NCBI GenBank assembly: GCA_032718475.1
Contig: JAUCBJ010000844.1
Location: forward strand, 52,796-116,795
Direction: 5' to 3'
DNA: 64,000 nt
DNA from: Nemertoderma westbladi
Lineage: Eukaryota; Animalia; Xenacoelomorpha
Made by a program: the position numbers and the translations under genes. Position 1 is the stretch's first letter. Every line of letters begins with the position of its first letter. This document shows positions 24,971-40,900 of the stretch, in pieces. Under the pieces are notes generated by a model. It was not told the DNA's origin and did not search any database. It saw nothing but the letters and a program-made list of their open reading frames with translations.

Positions 24971-25454
24971 CCTTAAAATAAACAGTATTTTACTAGAATA
25001 ATCCCGTCATGATTTAACGCCAATCAATATCCGATATCCTTAATCTTCTAAAGCCAATATAAACATGGGCTGCAGTCTGGAGTTCATTAATGAAATACAA
25101 TAAACCTTGTTGCTAATTAATTACTTATTACAAGTAAATCAAATAAATCTCATCACATCGCAAACTGGTAATCCTGCAGCAGATATTAAAATAAATGTTG
25201 TATCATTTTATATTTTTTTAGGGTTATAATATAATCGGTAATGGAATTCCTTCTCATCATAATATAGAGTCGATATTCTATTATAGTTTATTTATTTAAT
25301 TAAATAATAATAATAATCAGCCACTAATATGAATATAATATATTAAGTGGTGAAAAATAATTAAACCGAGTGTCTGCGGCTCACAGCACAACGACAGCAC
25401 AACCAATAGGTGTAAGCATTACACATAAACCAATAGTTATAAACATAAACCCAA

Positions 25455-25890
25455 TAGGGGTGTACCGGGATATCTCGGTAAGCATTACACATAAACCATT
25501 AGTTAGGGGTGTACCGGGATATATCGGTAAGCATTACACATAAACCATTAGTTAGGGGTGTACCGGGATATATCTGGGTTTACATTAAAGGAACTCTCTG
25601 GTTGGGAATACCTTGTCATTTATAAACTCATGTGGTAATAATAGAAATAGTGGGGCGAGCCATGTAGACAGTAATCCTTTATCAGCGTAGGATTTATAGT
25701 TAGTTATTGGTTGTCGTCTCCTTGGAGGAACTTAATTAGGCCGGCAGATTCCAAAATATAGAAAAATATAAATAAATTTAAAAGTTGTAAAAATAACAAT
25801 AAAATAAAATCAATATAAAGTTGTTCCGGTATTTCCTTCTACAGACAGGAGCCGGCAACCCGGCTACTACGGAATTCCGGTACACCCCTA
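25455..25890. mobile_element. MITE-like element with TAGGGGTGTACCGG inverted termini; left end triplicated in 49-bp units
   Basis: taggggtgtaccgg at 25455, 25504 and 25553; ccggtacacccta-type inverse ending at 25890. No clean TSD seen. Confidence 0.6.
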
Positions 25891-25980
25891 ACCGTTGTTA
25901 CGCAACCACCAATAACGCTTAAGCGTTCCCTAAGTAACCAAATCCAGACCTCAACCAATATCAACCAACTGATAATCAAC

Positions 25981-28900
25981 CTATTTCCTAGGCTGATGTA
26001 TCATTACTTTCTGTTGAACCATTGGTTTTCTGTTCTCAATCTTGGGTTGGGGTTTATCGTGAATGTGTTTCAGTTGGTCTATCTCCTCCTTAGCGGTGGC
26101 TTTACCAGGACTACCAACTACAACCATCATTCCTTGAGTTGGAGGTCTAAATAAATAAAACAATTATACGATGAAAACAACTGAGGGTGGCGGGGTTAAC
26201 TCAGAGATGGACACGGCCGGGCCGGGCCGGGCCGGCCGGGCTGGACTTCGGCCGCAATCTAAATATTGGTAGAGCCTATAAAGGATACACGTACGTATGT
26301 TTACATTCTTACAGGTGCGTTACTGTGTATCCACATTATACATTACAACTAAAACCCTTTAGCACTTCACTTCTATTAAATAATTTTAGTAATACCATCA
26401 AAAAATAAATAAATTCACACAAAAACGATGAGACAAGCACATTATTTCATTTTAAACAACAAACATAATGTTACAGTATTAACATGGCCGACCTACACAA
26501 CGTGTGTATAGTAGTATATTTCGAGTTTTCTAATGAACAAACAACCAGAACATTATTGGATCACGATGATGACAAACCGATAGTATTTGGAATCAGTGTA
26601 AGTAGATTGATCAGAAATGTTAAAAATTTATTTTATGCTGTTCGAGTTATTCGAGTATCGAGTCATTGGATTCCAGTTATACAATTCCCCACTCTAAGAC
26701 ATGCTCTATCAGCTGGTGAAGTTTTGAACACAGGTTCGAGTAAAGTGAAATTCCATAATCCTATTAATATTGACTGCAGAAGGGGGCCCTATATCTCTCT
26801 ACATCTATATAGGATCTCCCTCTCCAATATTACTGAATAAGGGCCCTATATCTCTCTATATCTATAGGATCTCCCTCTCCAATATTACTGAATAAGGGCC
26901 CTATATCTCTCTATATCTATAGGATCTCCCTCTCCAATATTACTGAATAAGGGCCCTATATCTCTCTATATCTATATAGGATCTCCCTCTCTAATATTTT
27001 ACTGAATAAGGGCCCTATATCTCTCTATATCTATAGGATCTCCCTCTCCAATATTACTGAATAAGGGCCCTATATCTCTCTATATCTATAGGATCTCCCT
27101 CTCCAATATTACTGAATAAGGGCCCTATATCTCTCTATATCTATATAGGATCTCCCTCTCTAATATTTTACTGAATAAGGGCCCTATATCTCTCTATATC
27201 TATAGGATCTCCCTCTCCAATATTACTGAATAAGGGCCCTATATCTCTCTATATCTATAGGATCTCCCTCTCCAATATTTTACTGAATAAGGGCCCTATA
27301 TCTCTCTATATCTATATAGGATCTCCCTCTCCAATATTTACCCGAATAAGGGCCCTATATCTCTCTATATCTATATAGGATCTCCCTCTCCAATATTTTA
27401 CTGAATAAGGGCCCTATATCTCTCTATATCTATATAGGATCTCCCTCTCCAATATTTACCTGAATAAGGGCCCTATATCTCTCTATATCTATATAGGATC
27501 TCCCTCTCCAATATTTTACTGAATAAGGGCCCTATATCTCTCTATATCTATATAGGATCTCCCTCTCCAATATTTTACTGAATAAGGTCCCTATATCTCT
27601 CTATATCTATATAGGATCTCCCTCTCCAATATTACTGAATAAGGGCCCTATATCTCTCTATATCTATATAGGATCTCCCTCTCCAATATTTTACTGAATA
27701 AGGGCCCTATATCTCTCTATATCTATATAGGATCTCCCTCTCCAATATTTTACTGAATAAGGGCCCTATATCTATCTATATCTATATAGGATCTCCCTCT
27801 CCAATATTACTGAATAAGGGCCCTATATCTCTCTATATCTATATAGGATCTCCCTCTCCAATATTTTACTGAATAAGGTCCCTATATCTCTCTATATCTA
27901 TATAGGATCTCCCTCTCCAATATTTTACTGAATAAGGTCCCTACATCTCTCTATATCTATATAGGATCTCCCTCTCTAATATTTTACTGAATAAGGGCCC
28001 TATATCTCTCTATATCTATATAGGATCTCCCTCTCCAATATTTTACTGAATAAGGGCCCTATATCTCTCTATATCTATATAGGATCTCCCTCTCCAATAT
28101 TTTACTGAATAAGGGCCCTGTATCTCTCTATATCTATAGGATCTCCCTCTCCAATATTTTACTGAATAAGGGCCCTATATCTCTCTATATCTATAGGATC
28201 TCCCTCTCCAATATTTTACTGAATAAGGGCCCTATATCTCTCTATATCTATATAGGATCTCCCTCTCCAATATTTTACTGAATAAGGTCCCTATATCTCT
28301 CTATATCTATATAGGATCTCCCTCTCCAATATTTTACTGAATAAGGGCCCTGTATCTCTCTATATCTATAGGATCTCCCTCTCCAATATTTTATTGAATA
28401 AGGTCCCTATATCTCTCTATATCTATATAGGATCTCCCTCTCCAATATTTTACTGAATAAGGGCCCTGTATCTCTCTATATCTATAGGATCTCCCTCTCC
28501 AATATTTTACTGAATAAGGTCCCTATATCTCTCTATATCTATATAGGATCTCCCTCTCTAATATTTTACTGAATAAGGGCCCTATATCTCTCTATATCTA
28601 TATAGGATCTCCCTCTCCAATATTTTACTGAATAAGGGCCCTATATCTCTCTATATCTATATAGGATCTCCCTCTCCAATATTTTACTGAATAAGGTCCC
28701 TATATCTCTCTATATCTATATAGGATCTCCCTCTCCAATATTTTACTGAATAAGGGCCCTGTATCTCTCTATATCTATAGGATCTCCCTCTCCAATATTT
28801 TATTGAATAAGGTCCCTATATCTCTCTATATCTATATAGGATCTCCCTCTCTAATATTTTACTGAATAAGGGCCCTATATCTCTCTATATCTATATAGGA

Positions 28901-31900
28901 TCTCCCTCTCTAATATTTTACTGAATAAGGGCCCTATATCTCTCTATATCTATATAGGATCTCCCTCTCCAATATTTTACTGAATAAGGGCCCTATATCT
29001 CTCTATATCTATATAGGATCTCCCTCTCTAATATTTTACTGAATAAGGGCCCTATATCTCTCTATATCTATATAGGATCTCCCTCTCCAATATTTTACTG
29101 AATAAGGGCCCTATATCTCTCTATATCTATATAGGATCTCCCTCTCCAATATTTTACTGAATAAGGTCCCTATATCTCTCTATATCTATATAGGATCTCC
29201 CTCTCTAATATTTTACTGAATAAGGGCCCTATATCTCTCTATATCTATATAGGATCTCCCTCTCTAATATTTTACTGAATAAGGGCCCTATATCTCTCTA
29301 TATCTATATAGGATCTCCCTCTCTAATATTTTACTGAATAAGGGCCCTATATCTCTCTATATCTATATAGGATCTCCCTCTCCAATATTTTACTGAATAA
29401 GGTCCCTATATCTCTCTATATCTATATAGGATCTCCCTCTCTAATATTTTACTGAATAAGGGCCCTATATCTCTCTATATCTATATAGGATCTCCCTCTC
29501 CAATATTTTACTGAATAAGGTCCCTATATCTCTCTATATCTATAGGATCTCCCTCTCCAATTTTACTGAGTAAGGTCCCTATATCTCTCTATATCTATAG
29601 GATCTCCCTCTCCAATATTTTACTGAATAAGGTCCCTATATCTCTCTATATCTATATAGGATCTCCCTCTCCAATATTTTACTGAATAAGGGCCCTATAT
29701 CTCTCTATATCTATATAGGATCTCCCTCTCCAATATTTTACTGAATAAGGTCCCTATATCTCTCTATATCTATAGGATCTCCCTCTCCAATATTTACTGA
29801 GTAAGGTCCCTATATCTCTCTATATCTATAGGATCTCCCTCTCCAATATTTTACTGAATAAGGTCCCTATATCTCTCTATATCTATATAGGATCTCCCTC
29901 TCCAATATTTTACTGAATAAGGGCCCTATATCTCTCTATATCTATATAGGATCTCCCTCTCCAATATTTTACTGAATAAGGGCCCTATATCTCTCTATAT
30001 CTATATAGGATCTCCCTCTCCAATATTTTACTGAATAAGGGCCCTATATCTCTCTATATCTATATAGGATCTCCCTCTCCAATATTTTACTGAATAAGGT
30101 CCCTATATCTCTCTATATCTATATAGGATCTCCCTCTCCAATATTTTACTGAATAAGGGCCCTATATCTCTCTATATCTATATAGGATCTCCCTCTCCAA
30201 TATTTTACTGAATAAGGGCCCTATATCTCTCTATATCTATATAGGATCTCCCTCTCCAATATTTTACTGAATAAGGTCCCTATATCTCTCTATATCTATA
30301 GGATCTCCCTCTCCAATTTTACTGAGTAAGGTCCCTATATCTCTCTATATCTATAGGATCTCCCTCTCCAATATTTTACTGAATAAGGGTCCCTATATCT
30401 CTCTATATCTATATAGGATCTCCCTCTCCAATATTTTACTGAATAAGGGCCCTATATCTCTCTATATCTATATAGGATCTCCCTCTCCAATATTTTACTG
30501 AATAAGGTCCCTATATCTCTCTATATCTATAGGATCTCCCTCTCCAATTTTACTGAGTAAGGTCCCTATATCTCTCTATATCTATAGGATCTCCCTCTCC
30601 AATATTTTACTGAATAAGGTCCCTATATCTCTCTATATCTATATAGGATCTCCCTCTCCAATATTTTACTGAATAAGGGCCCTATATCTCTCTATATCTA
30701 TATAGGATCTCCCTCTCCAATATTTTACTGAATAAGGTCCCTATATCTCTCTATATCTATATAGGATCTCCCTCTCCAATATTTTACTGAATAAGGGCCC
30801 TATATCTCTCTATATCTATATAGGATCTCCCTCTCCAATATTTTACTGAATAAGGTCCCTATATCTCTCTATATCTATATAGGATCTCCCTCTCCAATAT
30901 TTTACTGAATAAGGGCCCTATATCTCTCTATATCTATATAGGATCTCCCTCTCCAATATTTTACTGAATAAGGTCCCTATATCTCTCTATATCTATATAG
31001 GATCTCCCTCTCCAATATTTTACTGAATAAGGGCCCTATATCTCTCTATATCTATATAGGATCTCCCTCTCCAATATTTTACTGAATAAGGTCCCTATAT
31101 CTCTCTATATCTATATAGGATCTCCCTCTCCAATATTTTACTGAATAAGGGCCCTATATCTCTCTATATCTATATAGGATCTCCCTCTCCAATATTTTAC
31201 TGAATAAGGTCCCTATATCTCTCTATATCTATATAGGATCTCCCTCTCCAATATTTTACTGAATAAGGGCCCTATATCTCTCTATATCTATATAGGATCT
31301 CCCTCTCCAATATTTTACTGAATAAGGTCCCTATATCTCTCTATATCTATATAGGATCTCCCTCTCCAATATTTTACTGAATAAGGGCCCTATATCTCTC
31401 TATATCTATATAGGATCTCCCTCTCCAATATTTTACTGAATAAGGTCCCTATATCTCTCTATATCTATATAGGATCTCCCTCTCCAATATTTTACTGAAT
31501 AAGGGCCCTATATCTCTCTATATCTATATAGGATCTCCCTCTCCAATATTTTACTGAATAAGGTCCCTATATCTCTCTATATCTATATAGGATCTCCCTC
31601 TCCAATATTTTACTGAATAAGGGCCCTATATCTCTCTATATCTATATAGGATCTCCCTCTCCAATATTTTACTGAATAAGGTCCCTATATCTCTCTATAT
31701 CTATATAGGATCTCCCTCTCCAATATTTTACTGAATAAGGGCCCTATATCTCTCTATATCTATATAGGATCTCCCTCTCCAATATTTTACTGAATAAGGT
31801 CCCTATATCTCTCTATATCTATATAGGATCTCCCTCTCCAATATTTTACTGAATAAGGGCCCTATATCTCTCTATATCTATATAGGATCTCCCTCTCCAA

Positions 31901-34900
31901 TATTTTACTGAATAAGGTCCCTATATCTCTCTATATCTATATAGGATCTCCCTCTCCAATATTTTACTGAATAAGGGCCCTATATCTCTCTATATCTATA
32001 TAGGATCTCCCTCTCCAATATTTTACTGAATAAGGGCCCTATATCTCTCTATATCTATATAGGATCTCCCTCTCCAATATTTTACTGAATAAGGTCCCTA
32101 TATCTCTCTATATCTATATAGGATCTCCCTCTCCAATATTTTACTGAATAAGGGCCCTATATCTCTCTATATCTATATAGGATCTCCCTCTCCAATATTT
32201 TACTGAATAAGGGCCCTATATCTCTCTATATCTATATAGGATCTCCCTCTCCAATATTTTACTGAATAAGGTCCCTATATCTCTCTATATCTATATAGGA
32301 TCTCCCTCTCCAATATTTTACTGAATAAGGTCCCTATATCTCTCTATATCTATATAGGATCTCCCTCTCCAATATTTTACTGAATAAGGGCCCTATATCT
32401 CTCTATATCTATATAGGATCTCCCTCTCCAATATTTTACTGAATAAGGGCCCTATATCTCTCTATATCTATATAGGATCTCCCTCTCCAATATTTTACTG
32501 AATAAGGGCCCTATATCTCTCTATATCTATATAGGATCTCCCTCTCCAATATTTTACTGAATAAGGTCCCTATATCTCTCTATATCTATATAGGATCTCC
32601 CTCTCCAATATTTTACTGAATAAGGTCCCTATATCTCTCTATATCTATATAGGATCTCCCTCTCCAATATTTTACTGAATAAGGGCCCTATATCTCTCTA
32701 TATCTATATAGGATCTCCCTCTCCAATATTTTACTGAATAAGGGCCCTATATCTCTCTATATCTATATAGGATCTCCCTCTCCAATATTTTACTGAATAA
32801 GGGCCCTATATCTCTCTATATCTATATAGGATCTCCCTCTCCAATATTTTACTGAATAAGGGCCCTATATCTCTCTATATCTATATAGGATCTCCCTCTC
32901 CAATATTTTACTGAATAAGGTCCCTATATCTCTCTATATCTATATAGGATCTCCCTCTCCAATATTTTACTGAATAAGGTCCCTATATCTCTCTATATCT
33001 ATATAGGATCTCCCTCTCCAATATTTTACTGAATAAGGTCCCTATATCTCTCTATATCTATATAGGATCTCCCTCTCCAATATTTTACTGAATAAGGTCC
33101 CTATATCTCTCTATATCTATATAGGATCTCCCTCTCCAATATTTTACTGAATAAGGTCCCTATATCTCTCTATATCTATATAGGATCTCCCTCTCCAATA
33201 TTTTACTGAATAAGGTCCCTATATCTCTCTATATCTATATAGGATCTCCCTCTCCAATATTTTACTGAATAAGGGCCCTATATCTCTCTATATCTATATA
33301 GGATCTCCCTCTCCAATTTTACTGAGTAAGGTCCCTATCTATATCTCTCTACATCTATATAGGATCTCCCTCTCCAATATTTTACTGAATAAGGTCCCTA
33401 TATCTCTCTATATCTATATAGGATCTCCCTCTCCAATATTTTACTGAATAAGGTCCCTATATCTCTCTATATCTATATAGGATCTCCCTCTCCAATATTT
33501 TACTGAATAAGGTCCCTATATCTCTCTATATCTATATAGGATCTCCCTCTCCAATATTTTACTGAATAAGGTCCCTATATCTCTCTATATCTATATAGGA
33601 TCTCCCTCTCCAATATTTTACTGAATAAGGTCCCTATATCTCTCTATATCTATATAGGATCTCCCTCTCCAATATTTTACTGAATAAGGTCCCTATATCT
33701 CTCTATATCTATATAGGATCTCCCTCTCCAATATTTTACTGAATAAGGTCCCTATATCTCTCTATATCTATATAGGATCTCCCTCTCCAATATTTTACTG
33801 AATAAGGGCCCTATATCTCTCTATATCTATATAGGATCTCCCTCTCCAATATTTTACTGAATAAGGTCCCTATATCTCTCTATATCTATATAGGATCTCC
33901 CTCTCCAATATTTTACTGAATAAGGTCCCTATATCTCTCTATATCTATATAGGATCTCCCTCTCCAATATTTTACTGAATAAGGTCCCTATATCTCTCTA
34001 TATCTATATAGGATCTCCCTCTCCAATATTTTACTGAATAAGGGCCCTATATCTCTCTATATCTATATAGGATCTCCCTCTCCAATATTTTACTGAGTAA
34101 GGTCCCTATATCTCTCTATATCTATATAGGATCTCCCTCTCCAATATTTTACTGAATAAGGTCCCTATATCTCTCTATATCTATATAGGATCTCCCTCTC
34201 CAATATTTTACTGAATAAGGTCCCTATATCTCTCTATATCTATATAGGATCTCCCTCTCCAATATTTTACTGAATAAGGTCCCTATATCTCTCTATATCT
34301 ATATAGGATCTCCCTCTCCAATATTTTACTGAATAAGGTCCCTATATCTCTCTATATCTATATAGGATCTCCCTCTCCAATATTTTACTGAATAAGGTCC
34401 CTATATCTCTCTATATCTATATAGGATCTCCCTCTCCAATATTTTACTGAATAAGGTCCCTATATCTCTCTATATCTATATAGGATCTCCCTCTCCAATA
34501 TTTTACTGAATAAGGGCCCTATATCTCTCTATATCTATATAGGATCTCCCTCTCCAATATTTTACTGAATAAGGTCCCTATATCTCTCTATATCTATATA
34601 GGATCTCCCTCTCCAATATTTTACTGAATAAGGGCCCTATATCTCTCTATATCTATATAGGATCTCCCTCTCCAATATTTTACTGAATAAGGGCCCTATA
34701 TCTCTCTATATCTATATAGGATCTCCCTCTCCAATATTTTACTGAATAAGGGCCCTATATCTCTCTATATCTATATAGGATCTCCCTCTCCAATATTTTA
34801 CTGAATAAGGGCCCTATATCTCTCTATATCTATATAGGATCTCCCTCTCCAATATTTTACTGAATAAGGGCCCTATATCTCTCTATATCTATATAGGATC

Positions 34901-37900
34901 TCCCTCTCCAATATTTTACTGAATAAGGTCCCTATATCTCTCTATATCTATATAGGATCTCCCTCTCCAATATTTTACTGAATAAGGGCCCTATATCTCT
35001 CTATATCTATATAGGATCTCCCTCTCCAATATTTTACTGAATAAGGGCCCTATATCTCTCTATATCTATATAGGATCTCCCTCTCCAATATTTTACTGAA
35101 TAAGGGCCCTATATCTCTCTATATCTATATAGGATCTCCCTCTCCAATATTTTACTGAATAAGGTCCCTATATCTCTCTATATCTATATAGGATCTCCCT
35201 CTCCAATATTTTACTGAATAAGGGCCCTATATCTCTCTATATCTATATAGGATCTCCCTCTCCAATATTTTACTGAATAAGGGCCCTATATCTCTCTATA
35301 TCTATATAGGATCTCCCTCTCCAATATTTTACTGAATAAGGGCCCTATATCTCTCTATATCTATATAGGATCTCCCTCTCCAATATTTTACTGAATAAGG
35401 TCCCTATATCTCTCTATATCTATATAGGATCTCCCTCTCCAATATTTTACTGAATAAGGGCCCTATATCTCTCTATATCTATATAGGATCTCCCTCTCCA
35501 ATATTTTACTGAATAAGGTCCCTATATCTCTCTATATCTATATAGGATCTCCCTCTCCAATATTTTACTGAATAAGGTCCCTATATCTCTCTATATCTAT
35601 ATAGGATCTCCCTCTCCAATATTTTACTGAATAAGGGCCCTATATCTCTCTATATCTATATAGGATCTCCCTCTCCAATATTTACTGAATAAGGTCCCTA
35701 TATCTCTCTATATCTATATAGGATCTCCCTCTCCAATATTTTACTGAATAAGGGCCCTATATCTCTCTATATCTATATAGGATCTCCCTCTCCAATATTT
35801 TACTGAATAAGGACCCTATATCTCTCTATATCTATATAGGATCTCCCTCTCCAATATTTTACTGAATAAGGTCCCTATATCTCTCTATATCTATATAGGA
35901 TCTCCCTCTCCAATATTACTGAATAAGGGCCCTATATCTCTCTATATCTATATAGGATCTCCCTCTCCAATATTTTACTGAATAAGGTCCCTATATCTCT
36001 CTATATCTATATAGGATCTCCCTCTCCAATATTTTACTGAATAAGGTCCCTATATCTCTCTATATCTATATAGGATCTCCCTCTCCAATATTTTACTGAA
36101 TAAGGGCCCTATATCTCTCTATATCTATATAGGATCTCCCTCTCCAATATTTTACTGAATAAGGGCCCTATATCTCTCTATATCTATATAGGATCTCCCT
36201 CTCCAATATTTTACTGAATAAGGACCCTATATCTCTCTATATCTATATAGGATCTCCCTCTCCAATATTTTACTGAATAAGGGCCCTATATCTCTCTATA
36301 TCTATATAGGATCTCCCTCTCCAATATTTTACTGAATAAGGGCCCTATATCTCTCTACATCTATATAGGATCTCCCTCTCCAATATTTTACTGAATAAGG
36401 GCCCTATATCTCTCTATATCTATATAGGATCTCCCTCTCCAATATTTTACTGAATAAGGGCCCTATATCTCTCTATATCTATATAGGATCTCCCTCTCCA
36501 ATATTTTACTGAGTAAGGTCCCTATATCTCTCTATATCTATATAGGATCTCCCTCTCCAATATTTTACTGAATAAGGGCCCTATATCTCTCTATATCTAT
36601 ATAGGATCTCCCTCTCCAATATTTTACTGAATAAGGTCCCTATATCTCTCTATATCTATATAGGATCTCCCTCTCCAATATTTTACTGAATAAGGGCCCT
36701 ATATCTCTCTATATCTATATAGGATCTCCCTCTCCAATATTTTACTGAATAAGGGCCCTATATCTCTCTATATCTATATAGGATCTCCCTCTCCAATATT
36801 TTACTGAATAAGGTCCCTATATCTCTCTATATCTATATAGGATCTCCCTCTCCAATATTTTACTGAATAAGGGCCCTATATCTCTCTATATCTATATAGG
36901 ATCTCCCTCTCCAATATTTTACTGAATAAGGTCCCTATATCTCTCTATATCTATATAGGATCTCCCTCTCCAATATTTTACTGAATAAGGGCCCTATATC
37001 TCTCTATATCTATATAGGATCTCCCTCTCCAATATTTTACTGAATAAGGGCCCTATATCTCTCTATATCTATATAGGATCTCCCTCTCCAATATTTTACT
37101 GAATAAGGGCCCTATATCTCTCTATATCTATATAGGATCTCCCTCTCCAATATTTTACTGAATAAGGGCCCTATATCTCTCTATATCTATATAGGATCTC
37201 CCTCTCCAATATTTTACTGAATAAGGGCCCTATATCTCTCTATATCTATATAGGATCTCCCTCTCCAATATTTTACTGAATAAGGGCCCTATATCTCTCT
37301 ATATCTATATAGGATCTCCCTCTCCAATATTTTACTGAATAAGGGCCCTATATCTCTCTATATCTATATAGGATCTCCCTCTCCAATATTTTACTGAATA
37401 AGGGCCCTATATCTCTCTATATCTATATAGGATCTCCCTCTCCAATATTTTACTGAATAAGGGCCCTATATCTCTCTATATCTATATAGGATCTCCCTCT
37501 CCAATATTTTACTGAATAAGGGCCCTATATCTCTCTATATCTATATAGGATCTCCCTCTCCAATATTTTACTGAATAAGGGCCCTATATCTCTCTATATC
37601 TATATAGGATCTCCCTCTCCAATATTTTACTGAATAAGGGCCCTATATCTCTCTATATCTATATAGGATCTCCCTCTCCAATATTTTACTGAATAAGGGC
37701 CCTATATCTCTCTATATCTATATAGGATCTCCCTCTCCAATATTTTACTGAATAAGGGCCCTATATCTCTCTATATCTATATAGGATCTCCCTCTCCAAT
37801 ATTTTACTGAATAAGGGCCCTATATCTCTCTATATCTATATAGGATCTCCCTCTCCAATATTTTACTGAATAAGGGCCCTATATCTCTCTATATCTATAT

Positions 37901-40900
37901 AGGATCTCCCTCTCCAATATTTTACTGAATAAGGGCCCTATATCTCTCTATATCTATATAGGATCTCCCTCTCCAATATTTTACTGAATAAGGGCCCTAT
38001 ATCTCTCTATATCTATATAGGATCTCCCTCTCCAATATTTTACTGAATAAGGGCCCTATATCTCTCTATATCTATATAGGATCTCCCTCTCCAATATTTT
38101 ACTGAATAAGGGCCCTATATCTCTCTATATCTATATAGGATCTCCCTCTCCAATATTTTACTGAATAAGGGCCCTATATCTCTCTATATCTATATAGGAT
38201 CTCCCTCTCCAATATTTTACTGAATAAGGGCCCTATATCTCTCTATATCTATATAGGATCTCCCTCTCCAATATTTTACTGAATAAGGGCCCTATATCTC
38301 TCTATATCTATATAGGATCTCCCTCTCCAATATTTTACTGAATAAGGGCCCTATATCTCTCTATATCTATATAGGATCTCCCTCTCCAATATTTTACTGA
38401 ATAAGGGCCCTATATCTCTCTATATCTATATAGGATCTCCCTCTCCAATATTTTACTGAATAAGGGCCCTATATCTCTCTATATCTATATAGGATCTCCC
38501 TCTCCAATATTTTACTGAATAAGGGCCCTATATCTCTCTATATCTATATAGGATCTCCCTCTCCAATATTTTACTGAATAAGGGCCCTATATCTCTCTAT
38601 ATCTATATAGGATCTCCCTCTCCAATATTTTACTGAATAAGGGCCCTATATCTCTCTATATCTATATAGGATCTCCCTCTCCAATATTTTACTGAATAAG
38701 GGCCCTATATCTCTCTATATCTATATAGGATCTCCCTCTCCAATATTTTACTGAATAAGGGCCCTATATCTCTCTATATCTATATAGGATCTCCCTCTCC
38801 AATATTTTACTGAATAAGGGCCCTATATCTCTCTATATCTATATAGGATCTCCCTCTCCAATATTTTACTGAATAAGGGCCCTATATCTCTCTATATCTA
38901 TATAGGATCTCCCTCTCCAATATTTACTGAATAAGGGCCCTATATCTCTCTATATCTATATAGGATCTCCCTCTCCAATATTTTACTGAATAAGGGCCCT
39001 ATATCTCTCTATATCTATATAGGATCTCCCTCTCCAATATTTTACTGAATAAGGGCCCTATATCTCTCTATATCTATATAGGATCTCCCTCTCCAATATT
39101 TTACTGAATAAGGGCCCTATATCTCTCTATATCTATATAGGATCTCCCTCTCCAATATTTTACTGAATAAGGGCCCTATATCTCTCTATATCTATATAGG
39201 ATCTCCCTCTCCAATATTACTGAATAAGGGCCCTATATCTCTCTATATCTATATAGGATCTCCCTCTCCAATATTTTACTGAATAAGGGCCCTATATCTC
39301 TCTATATCTATATAGGATCTCCCTCTCCAATATTTTACTGAATAAGGGCCCTATATCTCTCTATATCTATATAGGATCTCCCTCTCCAATATTTTACTGA
39401 ATAAGGGCCCTATATCTCTCTATATCTATATAGGATCTCCCTCTCCAATATTTACTGAATAAGGGCCCTATATCTCTCTATATCTATATAGGATCTCCCT
39501 CTCCAATATTTTACTGAATAAGGGCCCTATATCTCTCTATATCTATATAGGATCTCCCTCTCCAATATTTTACTGAATAAGGGCCCTATATCTCTCTATA
39601 TCTATATAGGATCTCCCTCTCCAATATTTACTGAATAAGGGCCCTATATCTCTCTATATCTATATAGGATCTCCCTCTCCAATATTTTACTGAATAAGGG
39701 CCCTATATCTCTCTATATCTATATAGGATCTCCCTCTCCAATATTTTACTGAATAAGGGCCCTATATCTCTCTATATCTATATAGGATCTCCCTCTCCAA
39801 TATTTTACTGAATAAGGGCCCTATATCTCTCTATATCTATATAGGATCTCCCTCTCCAATATTTTACTGAATAAGGGCCCTATATCTCTCTATATCTATA
39901 TAGGATCTCCCTCTCCAATATTTTACTGAATAAGGGCCCTATATCTCTCTATATCTATATAGGATCTCCCTCTCCAATATTTTACTGAATAAGGGCCCTA
40001 TATCTCTCTATATCTATATAGGATCTCCCTCTCCAATATTTTACTGAATAAGGGCCCTATATCTCTCTATATCTATATAGGATCTCCCTCTCCAATATTT
40101 TACTGAATAAGGGCCCTATATCTCTCTATATCTATATAGGATCTCCCTCTCCAATATTTTACTGAATAAGGGCCCTATATCTCTCTATATCTATATAGGA
40201 TCTCCCTCTCCAATATTACTGAATAAGGGCCCTATATCTCTCTATATCTATATAGGATCTCCCTCTCCAATATTTTACTGAATAAGGTCCCTATATCTCT
40301 CTATATCTATATAGGATCTCCCTCTCCAATATTTTACTGAATAAGGGCCCTATATCTCTCTATATCTATATAGGATCTCCCTCTCCAATATTTTACTGAA
40401 TAAGGGCCCTATATCTCTCTATATCTATATAGGATCTCCCTCTCCAATATTACTGAATAAGGGCCCTATATCTCTCTATATCTATATAGGATCTCCCTCT
40501 CCAATATTTTACTGAATAAGGACCCTATATCTACTCTACTATACTATATAGGATCTCCCTCTCCAATATTTTACTGAATAAGGTCCCTATATCTCTCTAT
40601 ATCTATATAGGATCTCCCTCTCCAATATTTTACTGAATAAGGGCCCTATATCTCTCTATATCTATATAGGATCTCCCTCTCCAATATTTTACTGAATAAG
40701 GGCCCTATATCTCTCTATATCTATATAGGATCTCCCTCTCCAATATTACTGAATAAGGGCCCTATATCTCTCTATATCTATATAGGATCTCCCTCTCCAA
40801 TATTTTACTGAATAAGGGCCCTATATCTCTCTACATCTATATAGGATCTCCCTCTCCAATATTACTGAATAAGGGCCCTATATCTCTCTATATCTATATA

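Noticed and set aside
26008-26146. Internal GTAATG donor that would link this exon to the 19-21 kb gene
   Set aside because: Read-through gives the conserved DAP C-terminus IHQPRK*, so this is the terminal DAP exon.
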